The position numbers and the translations under genes are program-made. This document shows, piece after piece, positions 30,251 to 38,425 of a stretch of DNA of 64,000 nt. Source of the stretch: Candidatus Latescibacterota bacterium (GTDB lineage Bacteria; Latescibacterota; CBDEFO01); contig CBDEFO010000004.1 in NCBI GenBank assembly GCA_965237525.1, positions 205,951 through 269,950 on the forward strand, given 5' to 3'. The notes beneath the pieces are model-generated. The model saw only the letters and a list, made by a program, of their open reading frames with translations, did no database searches and was not told where the DNA came from. Within the stretch, counting starts at the first letter, position 1, and every line of letters begins with the position of its first letter.

Positions 30251-30964
30251 GTGAGTATTATGACAGAGCTGCTCTATTGGTGGAACTTGATTTTTGTTCT
30301 ACCTTTTGTCGCAGCACTGTTCTACATCCTGCTACTGACTACTGGAACAGGAGCGGCCCACCATGGTCATGGAACAGATGTTGATCATGACGTCGATCAT
30401 GATGTGGGCATCGAACATGACGTAGCTGACACTGGCCATGATTTTGGACATGGTGTTGAGCACGGATGCGAGGCCGGAACCTTTTTAAGAGGCCTAAGCT
30501 TCCTGGGAATCGGAAGAGTTCCTGTCTCTATCATTGTGGTCTCTTTCTGTTTCATCTGGGGATTTAGTGGTTGGGCAAGCAATAGGATGTTAGACGAGAT
30601 TCTTCCAGCCACGTTGTTTTTCTGGCCATCGTTGGTTATCGCTCTTCTAGCCTCAGTATTTGTTACTCGCATTTTGGCCACAGGCATTTCAAAAATAATG
30701 CCGGCCACCGAGACGTATGCTGTTTCCGAAGGTCAGTTAACTGGCAGGATAGCCGAAGCGGTTACCAATATTGATGACAGTTTTGGCCAAGCCCAAGTTC
30801 ACGATGACTCAGGGTTCCTCCACACTATTTCCTCTCGGGTAAAACCGGGAGAGAAAAAAATTCCCCGGGGAACCCAGGTGGTACTTATGTATCACAACCA
30901 GGAAGAGCGCTTCTTTTTTGTAAACAGCGAGCTTCCGTCAACTGAAGGACTGACCGAGGAGTGA
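30251..30964 (+). CDS. NfeD-like membrane protein with His/Asp-rich loop and C-terminal OB-fold
   Basis: TM helices. Loop HHGHGTDVDHDVDHDVGIEHDVADTGHDFGHGVEHG. C-terminal NfeD-type beta domain (GQLTGRIAEAV...GTQVVLMYHNQEERFFFV). Precedes flotillin, as in yuaF-floT pairs. Confidence 0.6.
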   Translation: MSIMTELLYWWNLIFVLPFVAALFYILLLTTGTGAAHHGHGTDVDHDVDHDVGIEHDVADTGHDFGHGVEHGCEAGTFLRGLSFLGIGRVPVSIIVVSFCFIWGFSGWASNRMLDEILPATLFFWPSLVIALLASVFVTRILATGISKIMPATETYAVSEGQLTGRIAEAVTNIDDSFGQAQVHDDSGFLHTISSRVKPGEKKIPRGTQVVLMYHNQEERFFFVNSELPSTEGLTEE

Positions 30965-30998
30965 GTCAATTTACTCACCAGAAAAGAAAGGGGGAAAA

Positions 30999-32999
30999 AT
31001 GATGGGCGCACTAATAGTAGTTGTTGCCCTGGCCTTTGTCACTCTGCCTCTGGTTTCCAGCGACTATGTCCAGGGGATCAGCCAGATACTCATTGTTGGT
31101 TTTGGAGTTCTGCTGCTGGTGCTGGTATCGGGTATTCGCATTATAACCCGTCTCTACCGAAGAACAGCCGCAGACGAAGCGTTCGTGAGAACAGGAATGG
31201 GCGGGCAAAAAGTTATTATTGATGGCGGTGCTCTTGTTGTTCCTGCTGTACACGAATTAATTCCAGTATCCCTCAGCACCATGAGGCTTGATGTTGAAAG
31301 GACAGGACCCCATGCTCTTATTACTGGAGATAAACTCCGAGCTGACATCGAGGCAGAATTCTACATCAAGGTTCAGAAAGAAAGAGATGACGTGGTCAAT
31401 GCCGCAACCTCTCTTGGCGAGAGGTCGGTTACTCCAGAAAACGTCAAAGAGCTAGTTTTTGACAAGCTGGTTTCAGCACTCAGAACCGTTGCTGCTACCA
31501 AAGATCTTCATGATCTGAACGAGAAGCGGGATGAGTTTGCTCACGCGGTCCAGAACATAGTGGAAAAAGACCTCAAGCATAATGGTCTGACATTGGAGAC
31601 GGTCACTGTTTCAATGTTGGATCAGACCCCGCCGGATAAGATGCGGGCGGACTCAAACGTTTTTGACGCTGAAGGCACGAGGAAGATCGCTGAGATCACC
31701 CAGAAGATGCGGGTGGAAACAAACGCCATCGCGCGTAAGGCGGACAAGGAAGTCAAACAACAGGACGTTGAGAAGGATAAGTTCGTCTACACGCAAGAAC
31801 TTGGACGTGCCACTGCCGAGGCTATCCAAGACAGCGATATCCAACAAGCCCAAGCTGAAGCTGCGCAGAAAGCGGACACTTTCACTGCCGAGCAGGAAGA
31901 ACAAGCCCGCGTTCGTGAGGTAGAAAGAGACCAGGCCATCCAGGTTTCGGGAGTCGAAAAGGCAAAACAAATCCAGGTGGCTAATGAGCAGCGCGAGCAG
32001 GCCCAGCAAGAAGCTGCGATTAAGAAACAAAAGGCTGTGGCCGATAGAAACAAAGAGAAAGCCGAAGCTGAAGCTGCGCAGAAAGCGGCTGAGACTGAAC
32101 GCGAGAAAGAAGCTCAGAATGTACAGACCGTTGCCATCACTGAAGAGGCAAAACGGACGGCTGAAAAAGGGTACATTGCAAAAGCCCGAGAGATTGACCA
32201 AGATGCGTACGAAAAGGAGCGTCAAGCTGAAGCAGAGCGGGTAGCCGCTGCAAGAGAAGCCGAGGCTCGTAAGACAAAAGCTGTGGCTGAAAAGGAGGCT
32301 CTGACAGACGAGGCTGAAGGTAAGACTGCTAGCGAAATGGTTCCAGTCAACGTTGAAAGAAAGAAGGTTGAAGTTGAACAGTCTCGAGTCAACGATGTGA
32401 CCAAACCACAGTTGGCAGCCAAAGCTGAGTTCCAGGAAATCTCCGTAAAGCTCGAGCTTGGCCTGAAGAACATCGAGGTCAATGGTGAGGTTCAAAAAGC
32501 TTTTGCCGATGCTATGGGGCTATCTCTTAGCGAGGCTGATATGAACATCTTCGGTGACCCTACCACTCTGGGTAAAATGATGACCATGTTCAGGAACGGT
32601 CAAGCTCTTTCAACCGGAATTGATGGTTTCATGAAAAGTGTTGACCCGGATGCCCTTGGTCTCATCGGGGATATTGTCTCAGGTGTCAAAGACACTCTCA
32701 CTGGAATCTTCCAGGGTATCTTTGGTAAAACCCTAGAAGATAGTACTGTTCAGGCTCTGGCTGCTAAGATTACTGAACAGCCTGAGATTCTCGAGCAGAT
32801 CCAGGAGAAAGTAGTTTCGGCCCTCAAATCCCCGAGGGATGAAGCTGGGCTGGCTCAATACTTGGCTGCTACCTTTGGAGATGATTTTGATCTTAAGAGT
32901 GTTTCTGCTCTAATCGAAACCATCAAGGAGAAGCCGGCGATTCTTGGTCAGCTCAATCAAGCTTTTTCTAAACTTCAAGTCGCTGGTGCGACTGAGTAA
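30999..32999 (+). CDS. flotillin (SPFH/Band-7 domain) with long Glu/Ala/Lys-rich coiled coil
   Basis: N-terminal TM hairpin. SPFH domain (GGQKVIIDGGALVVP...). About 250 aa EA-rich coiled coil, then a C-terminal flotillin tail. Confidence 0.75.
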   Translation: MMGALIVVVALAFVTLPLVSSDYVQGISQILIVGFGVLLLVLVSGIRIITRLYRRTAADEAFVRTGMGGQKVIIDGGALVVPAVHELIPVSLSTMRLDVERTGPHALITGDKLRADIEAEFYIKVQKERDDVVNAATSLGERSVTPENVKELVFDKLVSALRTVAATKDLHDLNEKRDEFAHAVQNIVEKDLKHNGLTLETVTVSMLDQTPPDKMRADSNVFDAEGTRKIAEITQKMRVETNAIARKADKEVKQQDVEKDKFVYTQELGRATAEAIQDSDIQQAQAEAAQKADTFTAEQEEQARVREVERDQAIQVSGVEKAKQIQVANEQREQAQQEAAIKKQKAVADRNKEKAEAEAAQKAAETEREKEAQNVQTVAITEEAKRTAEKGYIAKAREIDQDAYEKERQAEAERVAAAREAEARKTKAVAEKEALTDEAEGKTASEMVPVNVERKKVEVEQSRVNDVTKPQLAAKAEFQEISVKLELGLKNIEVNGEVQKAFADAMGLSLSEADMNIFGDPTTLGKMMTMFRNGQALSTGIDGFMKSVDPDALGLIGDIVSGVKDTLTGIFQGIFGKTLEDSTVQALAAKITEQPEILEQIQEKVVSALKSPRDEAGLAQYLAATFGDDFDLKSVSALIETIKEKPAILGQLNQAFSKLQVAGATE

Positions 33000-33065
33000 A
33001 CCTAAAAACAGGGAACGCTGGGTCTTTTTAGGAGACCCTGCACTCTCCTCTTAAGGAGAAGAGCC

Positions 33066-33542
33066 ATGGAAGCAACACCTGGAGATGATATTAAGCCAAA
33101 GGTACTGGTGATTTCCTGCTCCGATGGTAGGTTTGCTCAAGCAAAGCAGCAGTTCCTAACTGAAGATTTAGAGCTTACAGTTTTTGACGAAGTTACTGTA
33201 CCGGGAGGGCCAGCCAGAGTTCTCATTTCCGGAACTAACTTCTTTGCGGTCCAGGATGATATAAAGATGCTTGCTAAGGCACACGCAACAGAAAGGGTAA
33301 TTGCCATTGCACATTTCGATTGTGCCTACTACCACAACAAGCATCCAAGATTAGAAGAAGAGGCAGACCTAAGGGAAAAGCAGAAAAATGACCTTCTTGA
33401 ATTTGCCGAGGAGATCAAGAATCTTGTTCCCAATGTCTTGGTGGAACTCTATCGGGAAAATGTTGAAGATGGCCAAGTAGTTTTCCGTGAGATTAAACCA
33501 ACAACTTTAGGAGGTGATGAAAATGGGCTGGTTGATACATAA
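33066..33542 (+). CDS. small beta-carbonic-anhydrase-like Zn-motif protein (CxDxR ... HxxC)
   Basis: VLVISCSDGRF and IAHFDCAYY reproduce the beta-CA Cys-Asp-Arg / His-x-x-Cys ligand pattern. At 158 aa the assignment is tentative. Confidence 0.3.
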   Translation: MEATPGDDIKPKVLVISCSDGRFAQAKQQFLTEDLELTVFDEVTVPGGPARVLISGTNFFAVQDDIKMLAKAHATERVIAIAHFDCAYYHNKHPRLEEEADLREKQKNDLLEFAEEIKNLVPNVLVELYRENVEDGQVVFREIKPTTLGGDENGLVDT

Positions 33543-34434
33543 CCCCATTGCCGATATGTATGGCCACGATTTTCTACTCTTTTACGGGGGCATCATTGTG
33601 CTGACGCTGGTAGCCTGTTGGCTGAAACTGCGTCAATCTGACCCGACGGCATCCATGCCCCTACCACCGGTCCCTTCCGAACCGAATCCCTATGAAACCG
33701 CTTACCTGCGCGGCGGGGAGAATGAAGTAACGCGAGTGGTAATCTTCGGCTTGACCCAGCGAGGATACTTACAGGTGACAGAGGAAGCGGACAAACGGAT
33801 AGAACAGGCGCCGGACCATCCTGACCCTGCCCACCTGCCCCAACTGGAACGCGCCGTGTTTGAAGCGTTACAAATACCCCTGAGCGCCGAGGACATCTTT
33901 AAAAGCGTGAGCTTGTCCTCCACGGTTCGGTCATACTGCACTACTTACGAGCAGACACTTCAGAACGAGCAATTACTCACAGCCGACGAGGTGAAGACGG
34001 CCGCCAAGAGAATCGGACTTACAGGGGCTGCGGTTATCTTCGGCTTGGGAGGTTACAAGCTACTCATCGCTTTAGCGAAGGGTTACTCCAACGTGGGTTT
34101 CCTTATTGTTATGGGCATTGTTTCGCTTGTAATTCTCTTCATAATTTGCGAGTCGGACCGTCTTAGCAGCAGGGGAAAGAAGTATTTGGAGCGTCTCCAG
34201 TTAGCATTCGAGCGGCTGAAGGGGTCTGCTGCCAGTGTCCCCTCTGCGGCGGTGGACTCAACTCTATTGCTGCTCGTGGGAGTCTTCGGCGTCGAACTGC
34301 TTGCGGGAACCCCCTACGCCTACTACCAAGAAATGTTCCAGAGGTCTTCGTCAGGTGGGGGATCTTGTGGCGCTGGCTGTGGCTCAGGTGGAGGAGACGG
34401 GTGTGGCGGCGGCTGCGGCGGCTGCGGGGAATAG
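33514..34434 (+). CDS. polytopic membrane protein with C-terminal Gly/Cys-rich tail (TIGR04222-like); putative MNIO substrate
   Basis: About 4 TM. C-terminal 27 aa SSSGGGSCGAGCGSGGGDGCGGGCGGCGE with 7 Cys. SD AGGAGGTG before the ATG cluster at 33514..33523. Stop lies 8 nt before the DUF692 start. Confidence 0.55.
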   Translation: MMKMGWLIHNPIADMYGHDFLLFYGGIIVLTLVACWLKLRQSDPTASMPLPPVPSEPNPYETAYLRGGENEVTRVVIFGLTQRGYLQVTEEADKRIEQAPDHPDPAHLPQLERAVFEALQIPLSAEDIFKSVSLSSTVRSYCTTYEQTLQNEQLLTADEVKTAAKRIGLTGAAVIFGLGGYKLLIALAKGYSNVGFLIVMGIVSLVILFIICESDRLSSRGKKYLERLQLAFERLKGSAASVPSAAVDSTLLLLVGVFGVELLAGTPYAYYQEMFQRSSSGGGSCGAGCGSGGGDGCGGGCGGCGE

Positions 34435-34442
34435 TGAGAACT

Positions 34443-35285
34443 ATGGAAGGTATACTTTCACATCTGCCGGCATTGGGCGTTGGTCTAGGTTTTCGCGAGC
34501 CGTTCCGCAGTGACCTCTTTCTGCACCAAAAGAAGGTTGACTTTCTTGAGATCACGGCGGATCACTATCTCGATGCGCCGCCAGAGAAGGAGCAAGAGCT
34601 GGAATTGCTCTCAGAGCATTTCACGCTCATCCCGCATGGGATCAACCTGTCCCTGGGAAGCGCTGAGGGAGTAGATGCCGCTTACGTTCGTAAGCTGGCA
34701 GCACTCATTCGGCGGCTGAATCCACCGTGGTGGAGTGAACACATCGCCTTCACGCAAGCGGGCGGTGTGGACATCGGGCATTTGTCACCTTTGCCCTTCA
34801 CGCGCGAGGCGGTGGAGGTGCTTTCCCACAACATTGAAGCCGTGCGCCGCCAAATTGACGTGCCACTGATTTTAGAGAACATCACCTACTTGGTGCCCAT
34901 ACCAGGTGCGGAGATGACCGAAGCTGAGTTCCTGAGGGAAGTGCTGGAGCATACCGATTGCGGGCTGTTGTTAGATGTCACTAACCTACACATTAATGCT
35001 GTCAACTACGCCTATGACGTTCAGGCGTTTTTAGAGCAATTGCCATTGGAGCGCATAGTGCAGCTTCACTTCGTTGGAGGACATTGGCATAACGGTGTGA
35101 TCATTGACAGCCACTCGCAACCAACACCGCCTGAGGTGTGGACACTTATGGAAGCAGTCGTCGCTCATGCGCCGGTGAAAGGGATCATTCTGGAGCGGGA
35201 TGAGAACATACCTCCGTTTGAAGAACTGCTAGGAGAGATAGAACAGGCACGCTCCATTGGAAGACAGCACGAACGATGGGATTAG
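34443..35285 (+). CDS. DUF692 family protein (MbnB/TglH-like multinuclear non-heme iron oxidative enzyme, MNIO)
   Basis: Start at MEGILSHLP (ATG 34443; the annotated ORF start at 34365 gives an implausible Arg/Trp-rich leader). TIM-barrel xylose-isomerase-like fold, with the conserved blocks characteristic of DUF692 proteins (LGVGLGFREP, EHF..IPHGINLSLGS, LILENITYL, LLDVTNLHINA). Confidence 0.7.
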   Translation: MEGILSHLPALGVGLGFREPFRSDLFLHQKKVDFLEITADHYLDAPPEKEQELELLSEHFTLIPHGINLSLGSAEGVDAAYVRKLAALIRRLNPPWWSEHIAFTQAGGVDIGHLSPLPFTREAVEVLSHNIEAVRRQIDVPLILENITYLVPIPGAEMTEAEFLREVLEHTDCGLLLDVTNLHINAVNYAYDVQAFLEQLPLERIVQLHFVGGHWHNGVIIDSHSQPTPPEVWTLMEAVVAHAPVKGIILERDENIPPFEELLGEIEQARSIGRQHERWD

Positions 35286-35977
35286 CGCAGATACAGCGAG
35301 TTTTGAGCCAGCTTTACACCGATGATGTCTTGCGGGAACGTTTCTTTGCGGATCCACAAGCGGTAGGTGAAGTGTTGGGACTTAGTTCTGCTGAGACACA
35401 TCAGCTTGCTCAACTATCAGCCCAGCATGTCAACTTCTTCGCCAGGTCACTGAAGCGCAAACGGCTAAACGTAGTGTGCAAACTGCTGCCGCTCACGCAT
35501 CGAGTGTTGGGTAAGCGATTTTCCGGGCTTTTCCTTCAATATGCCGATACCCATGTGCCGATGGGGACGAAGAAACATCGAGAAGATGCCGGTGCTTTCT
35601 CTAAATTTGTCGAACAGGCCGCTCGTGTGGACGGCATTGAACCGCCTTGGATCATGGAGCTAGTTCGTTACGAAGCGTCGTGTCTGGAAGCAGCGGACAC
35701 AACTTGCTGGTGGATAATGCGCTGGTTTCGTTACCCCCCAGTTAAGCTGGTGCGAAGTTTGATGCAGGGTGATGGAGCCCCATTGCCATTGGCGCAGCCT
35801 ACTATTGCTCTCTGGTTTCGCTTCTCGCGGCGAAATCGGCTTCGGCATATCGCTCTGACGCTGCCGCGTCCATTCATAGGCAAAAGCGAGGCGTACATAG
35901 GCCAGCAACTTCGGAGGCATCCCTGGACCGTTAGGATTACTTGCCATAGAGACATGGAAATCACAGGAATGAAATAG
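35276..35977 (+). CDS. DUF2063-like partner protein of the MNIO (MbnC/TglI-type)
   Basis: Overlaps the DUF692 stop by 10 nt. N-terminal region matches the DUF2063 pattern (RF..YRN-like RERFFADP..., helical bundle). Typical gene order DUF692 then DUF2063. Confidence 0.5.
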   Translation: MGLAQIQRVLSQLYTDDVLRERFFADPQAVGEVLGLSSAETHQLAQLSAQHVNFFARSLKRKRLNVVCKLLPLTHRVLGKRFSGLFLQYADTHVPMGTKKHREDAGAFSKFVEQAARVDGIEPPWIMELVRYEASCLEAADTTCWWIMRWFRYPPVKLVRSLMQGDGAPLPLAQPTIALWFRFSRRNRLRHIALTLPRPFIGKSEAYIGQQLRRHPWTVRITCHRDMEITGMK

Positions 35978-36076
35978 AGTTAAGATCATCTTCTATCTTT
36001 CTCTGTGTCTTTGTGGTCAAATGGATTAACCCGACGATTAAGGGTCACTACCAAATAATCTAGCTCTTTGTTATAG

Positions 36077-36106
36077 GGGAAGTCCCAGTGACTTCCCTTT
36101 TTTATT
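36077..36106 (+). terminator. rho-independent terminator of the PspA..DUF2063 operon
   Basis: GGGAAGTC-CCAGT-GACTTCCC followed by TTTTTTATT. Confidence 0.65.
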
Positions 36107-36465
36107 ACAATATCTGACCTGGGGGTAGCTAGAGGCCCAGTCATCCGACTGGGCAAGGAATTGCCCGTACAATGTGCAGCCAAAATAGGCAGAGGGCTGT
36201 GAACAGTACAATGTTTGGAAGACAGACGAGACAGAACTTACTGGAGAAGACAGATGGAAGGGCAAGAACTTAGTGTTCTGGAATAGGCTTACTTGATACT
36301 AACAGATAGCTACGCAGGTACCACGGGTACGACCACTACGAGGTCCTCTATAGTAACTTTTCAAAAAAACAAAGGGAAATGGAAATAATAAAGTTTGTGT
36401 GCGTGCCCTCGTACTGGTCGTACTTGCAAAAAAGAAGGGGCAAGATTAAAGAGGTTTTTTTGTGA

Positions 36466-36523
36466 TTGACATCTGAAGCAAAGTTTTGTATCTTTTTCTT
36501 TGAAACTGTGATCTATGTCACAG
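36466..36523 (+). promoter_or_regulatory. sigma70-like promoter (TTGACA-17-TATCTT) with downstream 18 bp palindrome CTGTGATCTATGTCACAG
   Basis: -35 at 36466..36471, -10 at 36489..36494. Perfect inverted repeat 36506..36523 (possible operator) upstream of ORF 36657. Confidence 0.4.
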
Positions 36524-36656
36524 ATTCCTTCAGAGCTACTGATTAAGGTATAGCAAATGGCAAATGAAGGATAGCAAATTCATAGCCAGAGTCTTCGATG
36601 CCAATACACAGGTTATTTCCGGAAGACTTTCCTCGGACTATCGGAAGTAGGTTACT

Positions 36657-37592
36657 ATGCTGATTGCGACTGAAACGACTCTATACTTTCAGGAAGGGGG
36701 CGGGAATCAGAATTCTCCCTCGGTACGATTAGAAAGGGAGGGCATAGAGCGTGTTGAGGAAGGAGTCCAATCTGAGGTTATAGCGCTGGCGAGCGGGGAG
36801 ATCGTTCTCCTTTCCAAAGACGAATTACAGCGCATCTCCACCGGGATCGAAGATCCTATCGAATCGCTGGCGATTCTGCATGAAGGCCCCCTGGATCTGT
36901 TGATCGGCACAGAGGGACCGCATCTCTACAGGCTTTCAGGCGACGCCGGCGCAGTCCAGTGTATCCCTTCGTTTGAGGCGCTGGACTGCCGCAAGGAGTG
37001 GTACACGCCGTGGGGTGGGCCCGCATCCGTCCGAAGCCTTGCCTGTACAAAAGATGGTTGGGTCTACGCCGATATCCACGTGGGGAGCATCATGCGCTCT
37101 TCCGACCGGGGAGACTCGTGGGAGCCTGTTACGCCAGACCTGTACAAGGACGTCCACCAGGTGGCGACCTGTCCAGAGTCGGATCGCCGGATCTATGCGA
37201 ACACGGCCAACGCTGTCTATCTCAGCGAAGATCGAGGGCAGTCGTGGCTGCACCGCGCAGACGGGATGAGAGAACGCTACGGTAGGGCTATCGCCGTCCA
37301 TCCCACGGATCCCGACTGTCTCCTTGCGACTGCCAGCCACGGTCCCGGCGGAGACGTTCAGGGCCAGCTCTACCGGTCAGAAGATGCGGGGTTGACCTGG
37401 GCGCATGTCACGGAGGGATTCCCGACATCCACAAGGAAAAACATCGATACCTTCCACGTCGCCTTTTCGTCCGAAGGCCTTGCGTGGGCGGTTGTGGAAG
37501 CGACCCTGTTCGTGAGTCAGAACCGCGGTAGGAGTTGGGAATCTTTCTGGGAGGCCCCGGAGCAGATCATCATGATCTCTTGTCGGCGCTGA
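36657..37592 (+). CDS. BNR/Asp-box repeat protein (sialidase / Ycf48-like beta-propeller)
   Basis: Repeated SxDxGxTW motifs (SEDRGQSW, SEDAGLTW, SQNRGRSW). Confidence 0.55.
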   Translation: MLIATETTLYFQEGGGNQNSPSVRLEREGIERVEEGVQSEVIALASGEIVLLSKDELQRISTGIEDPIESLAILHEGPLDLLIGTEGPHLYRLSGDAGAVQCIPSFEALDCRKEWYTPWGGPASVRSLACTKDGWVYADIHVGSIMRSSDRGDSWEPVTPDLYKDVHQVATCPESDRRIYANTANAVYLSEDRGQSWLHRADGMRERYGRAIAVHPTDPDCLLATASHGPGGDVQGQLYRSEDAGLTWAHVTEGFPTSTRKNIDTFHVAFSSEGLAWAVVEATLFVSQNRGRSWESFWEAPEQIIMISCRR

Positions 37593-37691
37593 CGGCAAGT
37601 AAGAACAGGAACAACATAATAAAAAGAAGCGATTGCTTCGCCCATCCACTTGGTGGTTTGCCGGCATTTCGTGCCCCCTGCAATCACCCCC

Positions 37692-37713
37692 CTGTATCCC
37701 CCCTTGATAAGGG
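37692..37713. repeat. small palindromic repeat CTGTATCCCCCCTTGATAAGGG (second copy at 63927..63957)
   Basis: Near-identical palindromic hairpin sequence at two distant intergenic sites. Confidence 0.4.
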
Positions 37714-37822
37714 AGGAATGAAAGGGGCGTGGCAGCAACGCACACAGTGCCCACGCCCCCCAACGATTCTATCGGCGGTTTATCCCGAAGCAATCTCAAC
37801 CCCTACAGATTCGGCGGATATT

Positions 37823-38425
37823 ATGTTGAACAAAGAGGAATGCCTGAGGAAAATAGCCGAATGCCGCACCCAGGAGATAGTCATAACGACTATGGGAACG
37901 GCAAGACCCTGGGCGAGTGTTTCGCATCACGATTTAGATTTCGCTTCGGTGGGTAATGCAATGGGTCACGCTGCGGATTTTGCCCTGGGGATAGCCTTGG
38001 CACGCCCCGAAAGGAGAGTTATCTGCATCAACGGAGACGGGAGCCTGCTTATGAGTCTGGGAATATTGGTGACTGTAGCCAATCTCGCCCCTAAGAACTA
38101 CGTGATGGTCGTCTTTGAGAACGGGACTTACGAAGTGACGGGAAACCAGCCGATACCGGGCGCAGGAAATTCCAGCCTGGCACAGATGGCAAGAGGGGCC
38201 GGTTTAGAGCAGGTCTATGAGTTCAGCCAGATAGACGAATTTGAAGGACAGATCGCCCAGATATTAAAAGCAGAGGGTCCGGTCTTCTTGAGTCTAGAGG
38301 TAGAGCCCGGAGACGAGGATCCTCCGATGAGGAGAGCGGACCATCCAGCGTGGTATCTTACAAATACACTTAGCGAAGATGCACTTGCGTTGAAGAAGAA
38401 GTTGGAATCTTCATTCCCTACCTAG
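37823..38425 (+). CDS. thiamine-pyrophosphate enzyme, C-terminal TPP-binding domain protein (sulfopyruvate/phosphonopyruvate decarboxylase beta-subunit-like)
   Basis: GDGS Mg-TPP motif (ICINGDGSLLMSLG). About 200 aa stand-alone PP-binding domain. Start at MLNKEECL 37823. Confidence 0.55.
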   Translation: MLNKEECLRKIAECRTQEIVITTMGTARPWASVSHHDLDFASVGNAMGHAADFALGIALARPERRVICINGDGSLLMSLGILVTVANLAPKNYVMVVFENGTYEVTGNQPIPGAGNSSLAQMARGAGLEQVYEFSQIDEFEGQIAQILKAEGPVFLSLEVEPGDEDPPMRRADHPAWYLTNTLSEDALALKKKLESSFPT

